A stretch of DNA of 64,000 nucleotides from Eledone cirrhosa. Lineage: Eukaryota. Positions 13,833-25,229 of this stretch are shown one piece after another (position 1 is the first letter of the stretch; every line of letters begins with the position of its first letter). Both the position numbers and the translations under genes were made by a program. A model generated the notes under the pieces. It had not been told where the DNA came from and ran no database searches. It worked only from the letters and a program-made list of their open reading frames with translations. The stretch covers positions 151,590,001 through 151,654,000 of the forward strand of contig OZ024741.1 in the NCBI GenBank assembly GCA_964016885.1, written 5' to 3'.

Positions 13833-14205
13833 ATATTTATTTAGGTCGTTTTGGAAGCCTCAACAATGCAGATGGGTAAATCTCCGGGTAAGAAGAACCG
13901 GTGGTGGAGAGAGATATAAGTGAATGTAGGTTGAAATGTGTAGTGTGTAGAAGAGTGTGGGAAAGAGCTTAAAGGATAATAATAATAATAATACGAGATA
14001 GAGTAACCTGGGAGAGATTTTACCCAAGGTAACTCTTTCTCGTGTTATTATTATTGTTATCCTTTACGCTCTTTCCTACACTCTTCTACACACTACACAT
14101 CTCAACCTACATTCACTTACATCTCTCCCTCCACCACCCGATCTTGTTACCCGGAGATTTACCCATCTGCATTGTTGAGGCTTCCAAATCGACCTAAAGA
14201 AATAT
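13833..14205. repeat. Foldback palindrome, ~180-bp imperfect arms with ~10-nt spacer
   Basis: gaagcctcaacaatgcagatgggtaaatctccgggtaa... is mirrored by ...ttacccggagatttacccatctgcattgttgaggcttc. Confidence 0.85.
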
Positions 14206-14230
14206 ATCATATATATATATATATATATTT

Positions 14231-14372
<142 letters not shown>

Positions 14373-14384
14373 TATACATATATA

Positions 14385-14615
14385 CGCTGGTTGGCATTCA
14401 TCAGAAACACGCATTCCCCTGTCTCCGCCGAAAATTATAGAAGCTAGATTCTTATAGAATTCCAGTAGTAACCAGGAGCTGATTATAGAGAGCGATTGTC
14501 GGTCCATCAAAAATTAGGAATTAGGATTGGTGCTCTGAAATAGAGATGTATACATGAACGTATAAATCCTGATTATTACTGGAATTCTATAAGAATCCAG
14601 CTTCTATAATTCTAT
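14385..14615 (-). repeat. Dispersed repeat (homologous to 33555-33760) with short inverted end
   Basis: Shares gccgaaaattatagaa...ttcttataga...ccagta.taa.caggagctgattata. 14570-14612 is an inverted partial copy. Confidence 0.7.
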
Positions 14616-15187
14616 ATGAGTGTCCCTGTACATCATGTTAAGGGTACAAGCGTCCGTGAAAAGGACAGCCACTTTTTGTGAGGAAGCTGTTCCGTTTAGT
14701 AAAAAAAGAGGAACACTTGTGTTCGAAAGCGATGGATCATTCCATCGTGTATGTTCGTATACAGGGAATTCTACCGTATATCATCATATAGTAAAAACTA
14801 TATAATTAAATAGATTGGAATTACATAAATTCTTTTTCTGAGAGATAAAAAAACTACTCTGAGTAATTAAAAGAATGCAGTGCGGTGTGTAGGAAACTAT
14901 GAACTGATAATATTCCGATGAGTTTCATCGATGTATGTGATCGCAGTTAAGAGAGGACTCAAGTGAGAGATTTTATATTGGATATGAAAGTAAAATGGAG
15001 AGTTAACGATGTATATCAGATAAGACAAATACGAATGTAGACATCCGTAACTGTACCTAAACATATATCACATCTCATGCAAATCACATTTTAGTTATAA
15101 AAATGAATGGTATTCTGATAAATCCTCCAGTTCATTCCATCAAATACTCGTAATCGAGTTCCATTCTTCACTTCAATATTTTGACTC

Positions 15188-15222
<35 letters not shown>

Positions 15223-15231
15223 AATATATAC

Positions 15232-15274
<43 letters not shown>

Positions 15275-15320
15275 ATTTTGTTGCAAGAGACTATTTTGAG
15301 TTCCTAACTCAATATATACA

Positions 15321-15374
<54 letters not shown>

Positions 15375-15375
15375 T

Positions 15376-15442
<67 letters not shown>

Positions 15443-15501
15443 CTATACATACATACATGCATATATATATATATATAAATACATACATACATATATATGT
15501 A

Positions 15502-15554
<53 letters not shown>

Positions 15555-15567
15555 ATATATTTGTGAG

Positions 15568-15667
<100 letters not shown>

Positions 15668-16329
15668 ATGTGTTTGTGACCATACCTTTTGGGTCCAAAA
15701 AAGAAAGTATCAGTCAATTACTGGAATCGATATAACCGACTTTCCCCATCCCCTAATTGCTTGCCTTGTGCAAGTGTTCCAAAGAATCATTATAGTTATT
15801 AACTTTGTTTTGTCTTACATCATTTCTTCAATTCGTTCCATGATGTTTTTCTTTCGTTTTTTCCTACTTTCTGGTGGATTCACAGATTAGATGTTGAAAC
15901 GTTTTCCTGTTATGCAGAAGCTAAGTAATTTTCTCTCTGTGGAATACTTCGTTAATAACATATTTTGTGTCTTGAATGAAGAAAATATATATTAAACAGA
16001 CAATTCTGCAAAGAAAAGGGAAACAACAGCAGCAATGCTTCTTCAATCAATCGTTGTTTATACTTCTAGCTACAGGCTTAAATTCTTTTTATAAAGATGG
16101 AATCAGTGGCCAGAAGCTCTTTGGTGTCGTGGTAAAGGTACTCGTTCAGAGTCTAGAAAATGAGGGGTTTGCTTATTTGTGAGTGCCTGTATTCACCTTT
16201 TTTTCCGTTTCTGGAAGTACTTTACCCTATTTTCTCAATTATCATTTAAAGTAATCAGTCATTATTATGGTCATTTGCTTTAGGGCATAGATTTTTCCAA
16301 ATGCTCCTACGTCAATTGCTTTTTTTTAC

Positions 16330-16830
16330 ACTTCAAGTTGAAGGACTACATTAAACACTAGGGCTACATATTGCCGTGGTCTAAAACAGTGGCACAGAAG
16401 CCCTCTCGTGGCTAATACTGAAAAAATAAATAGAGGGCATATAGCTAAGACTCAAAACTGAAACCGAAGCTATTTTTGTTGTAGCAACGGATTATAATGG
16501 CATGCGATGATACTGAATATGTAGTGGATAGCAAGACATAGTTCACCACATTGTCCTAAAATGCGTGATCTTAATCAAAAGACAACATATCCACAGCCAT
16601 AACGAAATTGGAATTTTCATATATCGAAAATTATGCAAGTGACTATATAAATATACAACAAAAATGTTTCAGCCAATGATAAAGTGACTAAACTGTGCGA
16701 AATAACAATATGCATAGACAAAGGGATATAGTCTAATTCACCAGATATTCTTTTTAAGGATTACCGGAAAGATGGCATTAAGACATCTGTGTCAGAAATG
16801 AAGACATTCAAATATTAGCGGACTAGTACT
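16330..16830 (+). pseudogene. Highly degraded R4/Dong-like retrotransposon fragment
   Basis: Remnants LKTETEAIFVVATD and HSHNEIGIFIYRKLCK match LKSETEGLIISAQD and RHDRAAQYIHWIMCK of the intact element. Confidence 0.45.
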
Positions 16831-17030
16831 GTCAGTAATGACGGCAATAGCGTTGAATGTATTTAATTTGTGGATCTGTATGCAATATATATCAGGATTA
16901 CTGGATATATGAACAATCATATAAAATTGAAAATTTCATTTTAATAAATTAATGTTTTATATAATCGACAGTCGGCGACTTTCTTCAAATCGGACCGAGG
17001 AAACAATTTTTCCGTTGATCTTTCCATTGC

Positions 17031-17164
17031 TAATACTATCTATTGGTCGTAACTCCAGGTAGAAGGAACAACGTGAATTAAAGGTGATGTATTATGTCCT
17101 TGACCAAGACACTTTATTTCACGTTGCTCTTTCTACCTGGAGTTGCGACCGATAGATAGTATTA
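17031..17164. repeat. Hairpin/inverted repeat (~50-bp arms) including a SINE-core-like fragment
   Basis: taatactatctattggtcgtaactccaggtagaa pairs with ttctacctggagttgcgaccgatagatagtatta. Confidence 0.75.
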
Positions 17165-17261
17165 GAAATCGATAGTATTAGTCGATCGACTGTCGATATA
17201 TATATATATATATATATAATATAATATATATATATATATATAATATATATATATAATATAT

Positions 17262-17342
<81 letters not shown>

Positions 17343-17453
17343 TATAGAATATAGAATATATATATATATATATATATATATAAAGAAAAAGGGATGAAAT
17401 CGAAAATGCAACTGAAGTCTTATTTTTTTAAAAATATATATATTTATTTGATT

Positions 17454-17491
17454 CCTTTACCGGTTTCGCAGTTCTTCTGCTTTTCAAAAGG
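17454..17491 (-). ncRNA. Minimal hammerhead ribozyme (U3-A8 variant), inverted pLTR copy
   Basis: Exact reverse complement of 19676-19713. Confidence 0.7.
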
Positions 17492-17742
17492 TGAGTTGAG
17501 ATGGAGGGTCTGTGGTTTTTCTCACATCTGGTTGGTCTCTAAATGTTACTTGTTTTATATGGAAAAACTGGCTCGAAAACCAAGTTTTTCGAGAAGTAAT
17601 TTGATTGGTTTGTCAATAATTATAATAAATTTCGCGCCAGTTCGCGTTACAATAGTTCTTCAAATAAGAGAGGGGGGGGGGGGGTTTGTCACAGGTTGTT
17701 TTTTCATATATGAGTGTTTGAATTTCTTTTTACTTGAAAAAA

Positions 17743-18628
17743 TGACATACACTACAAACCAACAGATTCCAAACAATATCTGCTATTCACCTCCAACCAT
17801 CCAAAGCACACGAAGACGAACATTCCTTTTAACCTAGCAAGAAGAATTTGCACAATTGTCTCCAATTATGAAACGCGAAATAAAAGACTTCAAGAATTAA
17901 AGGAAATTCTACTTGAGAGAGAGTACCCACTATTACTAATAAATAATGGAATAGAAAGGGCTAAAGCAATAGGCATTGATGAATTACGGAAACAGAAACA
18001 AATTCAAGGTACGTCCAATATTCTATCATATATCTCAACACACAACCCAAGAAATGCGGAAGCTTACAACACTATTCACAATAACATCCCACTACTAAAA
18101 CAAAACCCAAGAATGAAAAAAGCCCTTGAAACACACAAAATAATCAAAAGCAAAAGACAACCAAAATCACTGAAAACATTACTCACCAATGCCAAATTAC
18201 CTACCACAAACCCACAACCAAGTATCAAAAAATGTGGTCGCTCTAATTGTGGAACCTGCACTCACCTCATTGAAGGCAACACGTATACATTTAAATCAGG
18301 ACAAAATTTTACTGTAAAAAATCACTTCACTTGCTCATCAAAAAATCTAATTTATGCCATTAAATGTAAAGGATGCAATGAAGATTATATAGGACAAACT
18401 AAACTCACACTCAGAAACAGAATGACAGTTCATCGCCAACAATTACGAGATCCAACCACGAGACAAATACCACTAAGTGCACATCTAGACATTTGCGCAA
18501 GTAATAAGACACCCAAATTCCAAGTCTTCCCATTTTACCTTTGCGCTAACAATACAACAGAACAAATGCGAATAAATAAGGAAAATATGTTTATTCAAAA
18601 ATATAGACCAACATTAAATAAGGTTTAA
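17743..18628 (+). pseudogene. Duplicated 3' part of PLE ORF2 (thumb, linker, GIY-YIG) in upstream tandem copy
   Basis: Matches 22433-23318. ORF 18113-18628 equals the last 171 aa of ORF2. Confidence 0.9.
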
Positions 18629-18832
18629 TATACATTATGTCAACACCACAATATGACATACACACACACACATAACACCTACTTTAGAAAATAAAAACCC
18701 GAACTAAATAAACCTTAAACATACGTTTGCACTGGCAATACAACAGCAAACACGAAAAAGTCAGGAAAATATGTTCATTCAAAAATATTCCTACTAAAGG
18801 AATCATTTTCCTACACACACACATACACACAC

Positions 18833-18867
<35 letters not shown>

Positions 18868-19115
18868 TCTTCATCTTAACATGCTAACCATACTCCCACA
18901 CACATAACACCCATACACACACATAAAAACCCCCACACCTACAACACCCTCCCCATTTCTACTAATAGAACCACTTTCCTACACACATATATATATACAC
19001 ACACACAAAAAATATATATTCTCTCTATCTAACATACTCGCACACACACACATAACACCCATATACACACACACACAACTCCCTCCCCCATCTCTACTAA
19101 TAGAATCATCTTCCA

Positions 19116-19160
<45 letters not shown>

Positions 19161-19675
19161 AGCACACAAATAAACACATATCTTCAGTCTCAATAGAAAA
19201 TCTGAACTCTGACACCTGAACTCTGACAGCTGGCCATATTCACTGAACCAGAACATTTCTCCCAATCCCTTTTCCCTTGACCACTATCTCTCCATCGTCA
19301 TAACATTCACTATAGACTACAGAATAGTTTTCCAAATAAGGGCGCAAAAATGTAATGAAAACTTGTTCACGTGACAGCCAAATTTCATTTATAACCAACC
19401 AAAAAAAAGCCTTCGTGAGCCTCATTTTTTCAAGTAAAAAGAAATTCAAACACTCATATATGAAAAAACAACCTGTGACAAACCCCCCCCCCCCCTCTCT
19501 TATTTGAAGAACTATTGTAACGCGAACTGGCGCGAAATTTATTATAATTATTGACAAACCAATCAAATTACTTCTCGAAAAACTTGGTTTTCGAGCCAGT
19601 TTTTCCATATAAAACAAGTAACATTTAGAGACCAACCAGATGTGAGAAAAACCACAGACCCTCCATCTCAACTCA

Positions 19676-19713
19676 CCTTTTGAAAAGCAGAAGAACTGCG
19701 AAACCGGTAAAGG
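19676..19713 (+). ncRNA. Minimal type I hammerhead ribozyme, U3-A8 covariant core
   Basis: cctt-TTGAAAA-gcag(aagaa)ctgc-GAAA-ccgg-TA-aagg: stem I cctt/aagg, stem II gcag/ctgc, palindromic accggt stem III, GUA cleavage triplet. Lies on the sense strand of the pseudo-LTR. Confidence 0.72.
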
Positions 19714-19878
19714 AATCAAATAAATATATATATTTTTAAAAAAATAAGACTTCAGTTGCATTTTCGATTTCATCCCTTTTTCTTTATACTTCCACTCGTG
19801 TAGGACACCTCGGTTATTTTTCATTTTGTAAAAAAAAACCTCACTTTCTAATATATACCCACCACACGAAGACCGAAA

Positions 19879-21081
19879 ATGCCACCAAAGTCTCAACAAA
19901 ACAACAACTCACTGAACCAGGACATCTTAAATGAACTCAAAGAGATTTCCTCTAAACTCTCAATTTTGACCAACAAAGTGGACCAAATACACATCTATAA
20001 AAAAGGACCCCACGAAGAAACAGAAAATACCCAAGAGACGAATATTACTCCAGTACTAACTAAGCTAATCGAAACCATTGAAACAACAATGCTCCAAAAG
20101 CTTGAACAACCGTTAGAACCCAATCTACGAGATGTCCACTCAGTGAAAAACACCCTAATCAACATATGGACTCAAAAGCTCACAGCCCGCAAATTCGCCC
20201 TTTGGAATCTCCTAAAAAATAATGGCAAGGCAGACATATATGAAAAGTGGCTAAACTCTACCCCAATCATCCTCCCCAAAAAACTCCAAATAAAACCCAT
20301 CCCGAATGAACCAGAAAACCAACAAAGACTTAGGGAAAAGATGGCATTGGAAAAATTTAAAACAGAAATAGAACTGTTGCGATTAAGAGCCAACTCCAAC
20401 GAAGAAAAATTCAAGTCACTCGACCAACAGATGGACACAGAAATCTCAAAGCACTCTGAAGGCCTACTCTACAAAAAAACCCTAAAACTTTGGAAAGAAA
20501 ACTGTGAGGATGAAGAACTCACATCCCTCCAGCGATGGGAAAAAAACGCCACCTGGTTCAACAACTACGAAATGGACTTCAAAAATGAACAACATACAGG
20601 TAACCCATTTTTAAAACAAACTAAAACTCACACACCACATGCACAACAAATAACAAAAAAAGTAACAAAACGTCCAACATACCCCCAGCAAAACTATAAC
20701 GATAATCCCAGAAACCATAGACAAAACTATAACCCTACTAACAAAAACCAAAGATCCCCGAACACAAGGCAGGACCTGATCCGCAGATCACAACCCACAC
20801 AAAACCTATTCCAAAACCGTAGACCCCTGCCCACACAGAGCCTGTTCCAAAACCATAGATCCCAACCCACACAAAGGAACCAAATCTACAACCCGGACTA
20901 TCAACAAACCGAACCTCAATACGTCCGAAACTTCTATACAAGACCACACAACAACAGGGGAAATACCATTAGATATAATAATACCAATGAAAAAACATTC
21001 CAGAAAAATCATTTTTTAGACCAAGGCTACAGGACTCACGACACCCGGTGGCACAAACCGATTTTGAAAAACCGAAAATAA
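19879..21081 (+). CDS. PLE ORF1, 400 aa, predicted coiled-coil N-terminal two-thirds and Q/N/R/P-rich disordered C-terminus; function unknown
   Basis: ATG ~21 nt after the pseudo-LTR end; 400 uninterrupted codons in AT-rich DNA; heptad-like segments ILNELKEISSKLSILTNKVDQI and LEKFKTEIELLRLRANSNEEKFKSLDQQM; 12-aa repeats near the C-terminus. Confidence 0.8.
   Translation: MPPKSQQNNNSLNQDILNELKEISSKLSILTNKVDQIHIYKKGPHEETENTQETNITPVLTKLIETIETTMLQKLEQPLEPNLRDVHSVKNTLINIWTQKLTARKFALWNLLKNNGKADIYEKWLNSTPIILPKKLQIKPIPNEPENQQRLREKMALEKFKTEIELLRLRANSNEEKFKSLDQQMDTEISKHSEGLLYKKTLKLWKENCEDEELTSLQRWEKNATWFNNYEMDFKNEQHTGNPFLKQTKTHTPHAQQITKKVTKRPTYPQQNYNDNPRNHRQNYNPTNKNQRSPNTRQDLIRRSQPTQNLFQNRRPLPTQSLFQNHRSQPTQRNQIYNPDYQQTEPQYVRNFYTRPHNNRGNTIRYNNTNEKTFQKNHFLDQGYRTHDTRWHKPILKNRK
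21012..21018 (+). promoter_or_regulatory. Candidate -1 ribosomal frameshift slippery site T TTT TTA
   Basis: ORF1 codons cat-ttt-tta place the heptamer in X XXY YYZ phase. The -1 frame is open from 20991 (TGA at 20988) through 23318. Confidence 0.7.
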
Positions 21082-23318
21082 TTAACATTTCAAATACAAA
21101 CCTCTCAGCCCAACAAGTAAAAATTCTCTCCAAAGGTCTGAAATTCACACCAACACCACAATATCCTAACCCCAACGAGATAAATGACGATATCTCACAC
21201 TTCTGTAGAAAATTACGTCTCACAGAGGAATTCTTTGACAAGGAGAATAACGACGAATCAATTGTACGGAATAAAAGCAGCTACAACCCAACAAAAGGTA
21301 GAAACAGAGTTCTGGACAAATTTTGTGACCACATAGCTACCTTCCCATACCATGAACTACCGCAACCTAAACCCAAATCCAACACAAGTCGAAGGGAATG
21401 GGAGATTATCCATGAACTAAAAAACAATCCGGACATTGTAATTAAGGAAGCGGACAAGGGAAGTACTGTTGTCATTATGGAGGCTGAAAAATATAAAAAT
21501 TCTATGTTCTCTCTCTTACAAAATGCTAATTACTATGAAAGAGTAAAAAACTACCAGCAATCAAAAATAATGACCAAATTAAACACACTGATTTATCGAT
21601 ACCAGGAAGACCTAACTAAAAAGGAACGCGATTATTTAACAAATTTTGAATACAAAACCAGCAACCTTTACGGACTTCCGAAGATCCACAAATGTAAAAT
21701 AATCAACGATGCCTGTAAACAATCCACCTCAGCCTGCGTGAACACACAATACCCCACATACCTTAAATTAAGACCAATTGTAGCGGGCCCACAATGTGAA
21801 ACACACAGATTGAGCAACTTTATAGACATACTACTGAAACCAATACTGAAACACATACCAAGCCTTGTAAGAGACGATCTGGACCTCTTAAACCACCTCC
21901 CCAAACATGTCAACAACGACACTATTATTGTATCTTTCGATGTAGTGAATCTCTACACAACGATCCCACACCAATACGGACTAGAAGCAATAGGATTCTG
22001 GCTAGAGAAATATCCCAATGAGATACCTGACAGAATAGAAAAAAGCTTCATCACCGAGGGATTAAAATTCATCCTACAGAACAACTTTTTTGATTTCGAT
22101 GGCAATACTTACAAGCAAATATCGGGGACTGCGATGGGCACAAAAGCCGCTCCAACTTATGCCAACTTAGTCATGGCATACTTAGAAGTCCAGATATATG
22201 AACAGTCCAAATCAAAATACGGATTGAACTTCCACAAATATTTATCAGAGAATTGGAAACGCTACTTGGATGATTGCCTCATTCTTTGGTCCCACACACT
22301 CGACCAACTGAAGGATTTCAAAAACTTAATAAACGGCATCAATAACCACATCCAATTCACAATGGAATACAGCCAAGATCAACTCCCATTTCTGGACATC
22401 TTAATCACAAAAAAAGACACAAATATCGAAACTGACATACACTACAAACCAACAGATTCCAAACAATATCTGCTATTCACCTCCAACCATCCAAAGCACA
22501 CGAAGACGAACATTCCTTTTAACCTAGCAAGAAGAATTTGCACAATTGTCTCCAATTATGAAACGCGAAATAAAAGACTTCAAGAATTAAAGGAAATTCT
22601 ACTTGAGAGAGAGTACCCACTATTACTAATAAATAATGGAATAGAAAGGGCTAAAGCAATAGGCATTGATGAATTACGGAAACAGAAACAAATTCAAGGT
22701 ACGTCCAATATTCTATCATATATCTCAACACACAACCCAAGAAATGCGGAAGCTTACAACACTATTCACAATAACATCCCACTACTAAAACAAAACCCAA
22801 GAATGAAAAAAGCCCTTGAAACACACAAAATAATCAAAAGCAAAAGACAACCAAAATCACTGAAAACATTACTCACCAATGCCAAATTACCTACCACAAA
22901 CCCACAACCAAGTATCAAAAAATGTGGTCGCTCTAATTGTGGAACCTGCACTCACCTCATTGAAGGCAACACGTATACATTTAAATCAGGACAAAATTTT
23001 ACTGTAAAAAATCACTTCACTTGCTCATCAAAAAATCTAATTTATGCCATTAAATGTAAAGGATGCAATGAAGATTATATAGGACAAACTAAACTCACAC
23101 TCAGAAACAGAATGACAGTTCATCGCCAACAATTACGAGATCCAACCACGAGACAAATACCACTAAGTGCACATCTAGACATTTGCGCAAGTAATAAGAC
23201 ACCCAAATTCCAAGTCTTCCCATTTTACCTTTGCGCTAACAATACAACAGAACAAATGCGAATAAATAAGGAAAATATGTTTATTCAAAAATATAGACCA
23301 ACATTAAATAAGGTTTAA
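21018..23318 (+). CDS. PLE ORF2: reverse transcriptase, Cys-rich linker and GIY-YIG endonuclease
   Basis: Motifs LSKGLKFTPT, EADKG, LYGLPKIHK, LRPIV, SFDVVNLYT, GTAMG, WKRYLDD, LPFLDI, HYKPT, SNHP, linker CGRSNCGTC, NLIYAIKCKGCNEDYIGQT, RMTVH. The track start at 21048 is GTG; the first ATG is at 21477. Confidence 0.95.
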   Translation, partial: RPRLQDSRHPVAQTDFEKPKIINISNTNLSAQQVKILSKGLKFTPTPQYPNPNEINDDISHFCRKLRLTEEFFDKENNDESIVRNKSSYNPTKGRNRVLDKFCDHIATFPYHELPQPKPKSNTSRREWEIIHELKNNPDIVIKEADKGSTVVIMEAEKYKNSMFSLLQNANYYERVKNYQQSKIMTKLNTLIYRYQEDLTKKERDYLTNFEYKTSNLYGLPKIHKCKIINDACKQSTSACVNTQYPTYLKLRPIVAGPQCETHRLSNFIDILLKPILKHIPSLVRDDLDLLNHLPKHVNNDTIIVSFDVVNLYTTIPHQYGLEAIGFWLEKYPNEIPDRIEKSFITEGLKFILQNNFFDFDGNTYKQISGTAMGTKAAPTYANLVMAYLEVQIYEQSKSKYGLNFHKYLSENWKRYLDDCLILWSHTLDQLKDFKNLINGINNHIQFTMEYSQDQLPFLDILITKKDTNIETDIHYKPTDSKQYLLFTSNHPKHTKTNIPFNLARRICTIVSNYETRNKRLQELKEILLEREYPLLLINNGIERAKAIGIDELRKQKQIQGTSNILSYISTHNPRNAEAYNTIHNNIPLLKQNPRMKKALETHKIIKSKRQPKSLKTLLTNAKLPTTNPQPSIKKCGRSNCGTCTHLIEGNTYTFKSGQNFTVKNHFTCSSKNLIYAIKCKGCNEDYIGQTKLTLRNRMTVHRQQLRDPTTRQIPLSAHLDICASNKTPKFQVFPFYLCANNTTEQMRINKENMFIQKYRPTLNKV

Positions 23319-23522
23319 TATACATTATGTCAACACCACAATATGACATACACACACACACATAACACCTACTTTAGAAAATAAAAACCCGAACTAAATA
23401 AACCTTAAACATACGTTTGCACTGGCAATACAACAGCAAACACGAAAAAGTCAGGAAAATATGTTCATTCAAAAATATTCCTACTAAAGGAATCATTTTC
23501 CTACACACACACATACACACAC

Positions 23523-23557
<35 letters not shown>

Positions 23558-23805
23558 TCTTCATCTTAACATGCTAACCATACTCCCACACACATAACAC
23601 CCATACACACACATAAAAACCCCCACACCTACAACACCCTCCCCATTTCTACTAATAGAACCACTTTCCTACACACATATATATATACACACACACAAAA
23701 AATATATATTCTCTCTATCTAACATACTCGCACACACACACATAACACCCATATACACACACACACAACTCCCTCCCCCATCTCTACTAATAGAATCATC
23801 TTCCA

Positions 23806-23850
<45 letters not shown>

Positions 23851-24364
23851 AGCACACAAATAAACACATATCTTCAGTCTCAATAGAAAATCTGAACTCT
23901 GACACCTGAACTCTGACAGCTGGCCATATTCACTGAACCAGAACATTTCTCCCAATCCCTTTTCCCTTGACCACTATCTCTCCATCGTCATAACATTCAC
24001 TATAGACTACAGAATAGTTTTCCAAATAAGGGCGCAAAAATGTAATGAAAACTTGTTCACGTGACAGCCAAATTTCATTTATAACCAACCAAAAAAAAGC
24101 CTTCGTGAGCCTCATTTTTTCAAGTAAAAAGAAATTCAAACACTCATATATGAAAAAACAACCTGTGACAAACCCCCCCCCCCCTCTCTTATTTGAAGAA
24201 CTATTGTAACGCGAACTGGCGCGAAATTTATTATAATTATTGACAAACCAATCAAATTACTTCTCGAAAAACTTGGTTTTCGAGCCAGTTTTTCCATATA
24301 AAACAAGTAACATTTAGAGACCAACCAGATGTGAGAAAAACCACAGACCCTCCATCTCAACTCA

Positions 24365-24402
24365 CCTTTTGAAAAGCAGAAGAACTGCGAAACCGGTAAA
24401 GG
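24365..24402 (+). ncRNA. Minimal hammerhead ribozyme (U3-A8 variant), 3' pLTR copy
   Basis: Identical to 19676-19713. Confidence 0.72.
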
Positions 24403-24532
24403 AATCAAATAAATATATATATTTTTAAAAAAATAAGACTTCAGTTGCATTTTCGATTTCATCCCTTTTTCTTTATACTTCCACTCGTGTAGGACACCTC
24501 GGTTATTTTTCATTTTGTAAAAAAAACCTCAC

Positions 24533-24650
<118 letters not shown>

Positions 24651-25098
24651 GTAATATATATATAATATATATATAGAGAGTATATATATTTATTTACTTT
24701 CAATTATTTACTTTCAATTATATATTTATATAATGGTAGCCCTAAATGTTTACCATATATGTACAAAAGACATACAGGATTACATGTATGAGAATATCTG
24801 AAGAAATAATTATGTATAGAGACAAATATAGAGTTAGAACTTATGAGCTTGTGACTGGAAATTGAACTTATTTTAGGACATGTCATGTGTGCATGTATGT
24901 GTGTAAATTTTGAAGTGTAAATTCTGAAGTGTAAATTCTGTAGAATCGTGTATATGAATATACAAACGTACATAGCGTATTATTATAATTGTTAAATATC
25001 ATCAAATAGAAATAAGCAGCATGTGGTGGCTGAAAACAGAAACACTCACAATAATAACACGACGCCCTGGGAATGAGTAAATCACGCAAAATTACATA

Positions 25099-25150
25099 TA
25101 CAAGATGTCCCCCAAAAAATGTGTACATACTTCAACAGCATTCTAATATA
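25099..25150 (+). repeat. Tc1/mariner-type terminal inverted repeat end (solo)
   Basis: tacaagatgtcccccaaaaaatgtgtacatacttcaacagcattctaat. A related copy is at ~51177; resembles TA-CAGGGTGTCCC ends. Confidence 0.45.
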
Positions 25151-25229
25151 TACGAGTATACATTTTTGGTATACTCTGTATATTCGCACTATATAGAAAT
25201 AAATATACTGACACTGCACATATCAAACG

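Noticed and set aside
19240-19899. 219-aa antisense ORF in the pseudo-LTR (and copies 17394-17837, 24136-24513)
   Set aside because: No motifs, crosses a G homopolymer, and is frameshifted in the 3' copy; most likely incidental.
21048-21050. GTG start assigned to ORF2 by the ORF track
   Set aside because: GTG initiation 1.2 kb into a eukaryotic mRNA is unlikely; the frame is already open from 20991 and a phased slippery site lies upstream. Not formally excluded.
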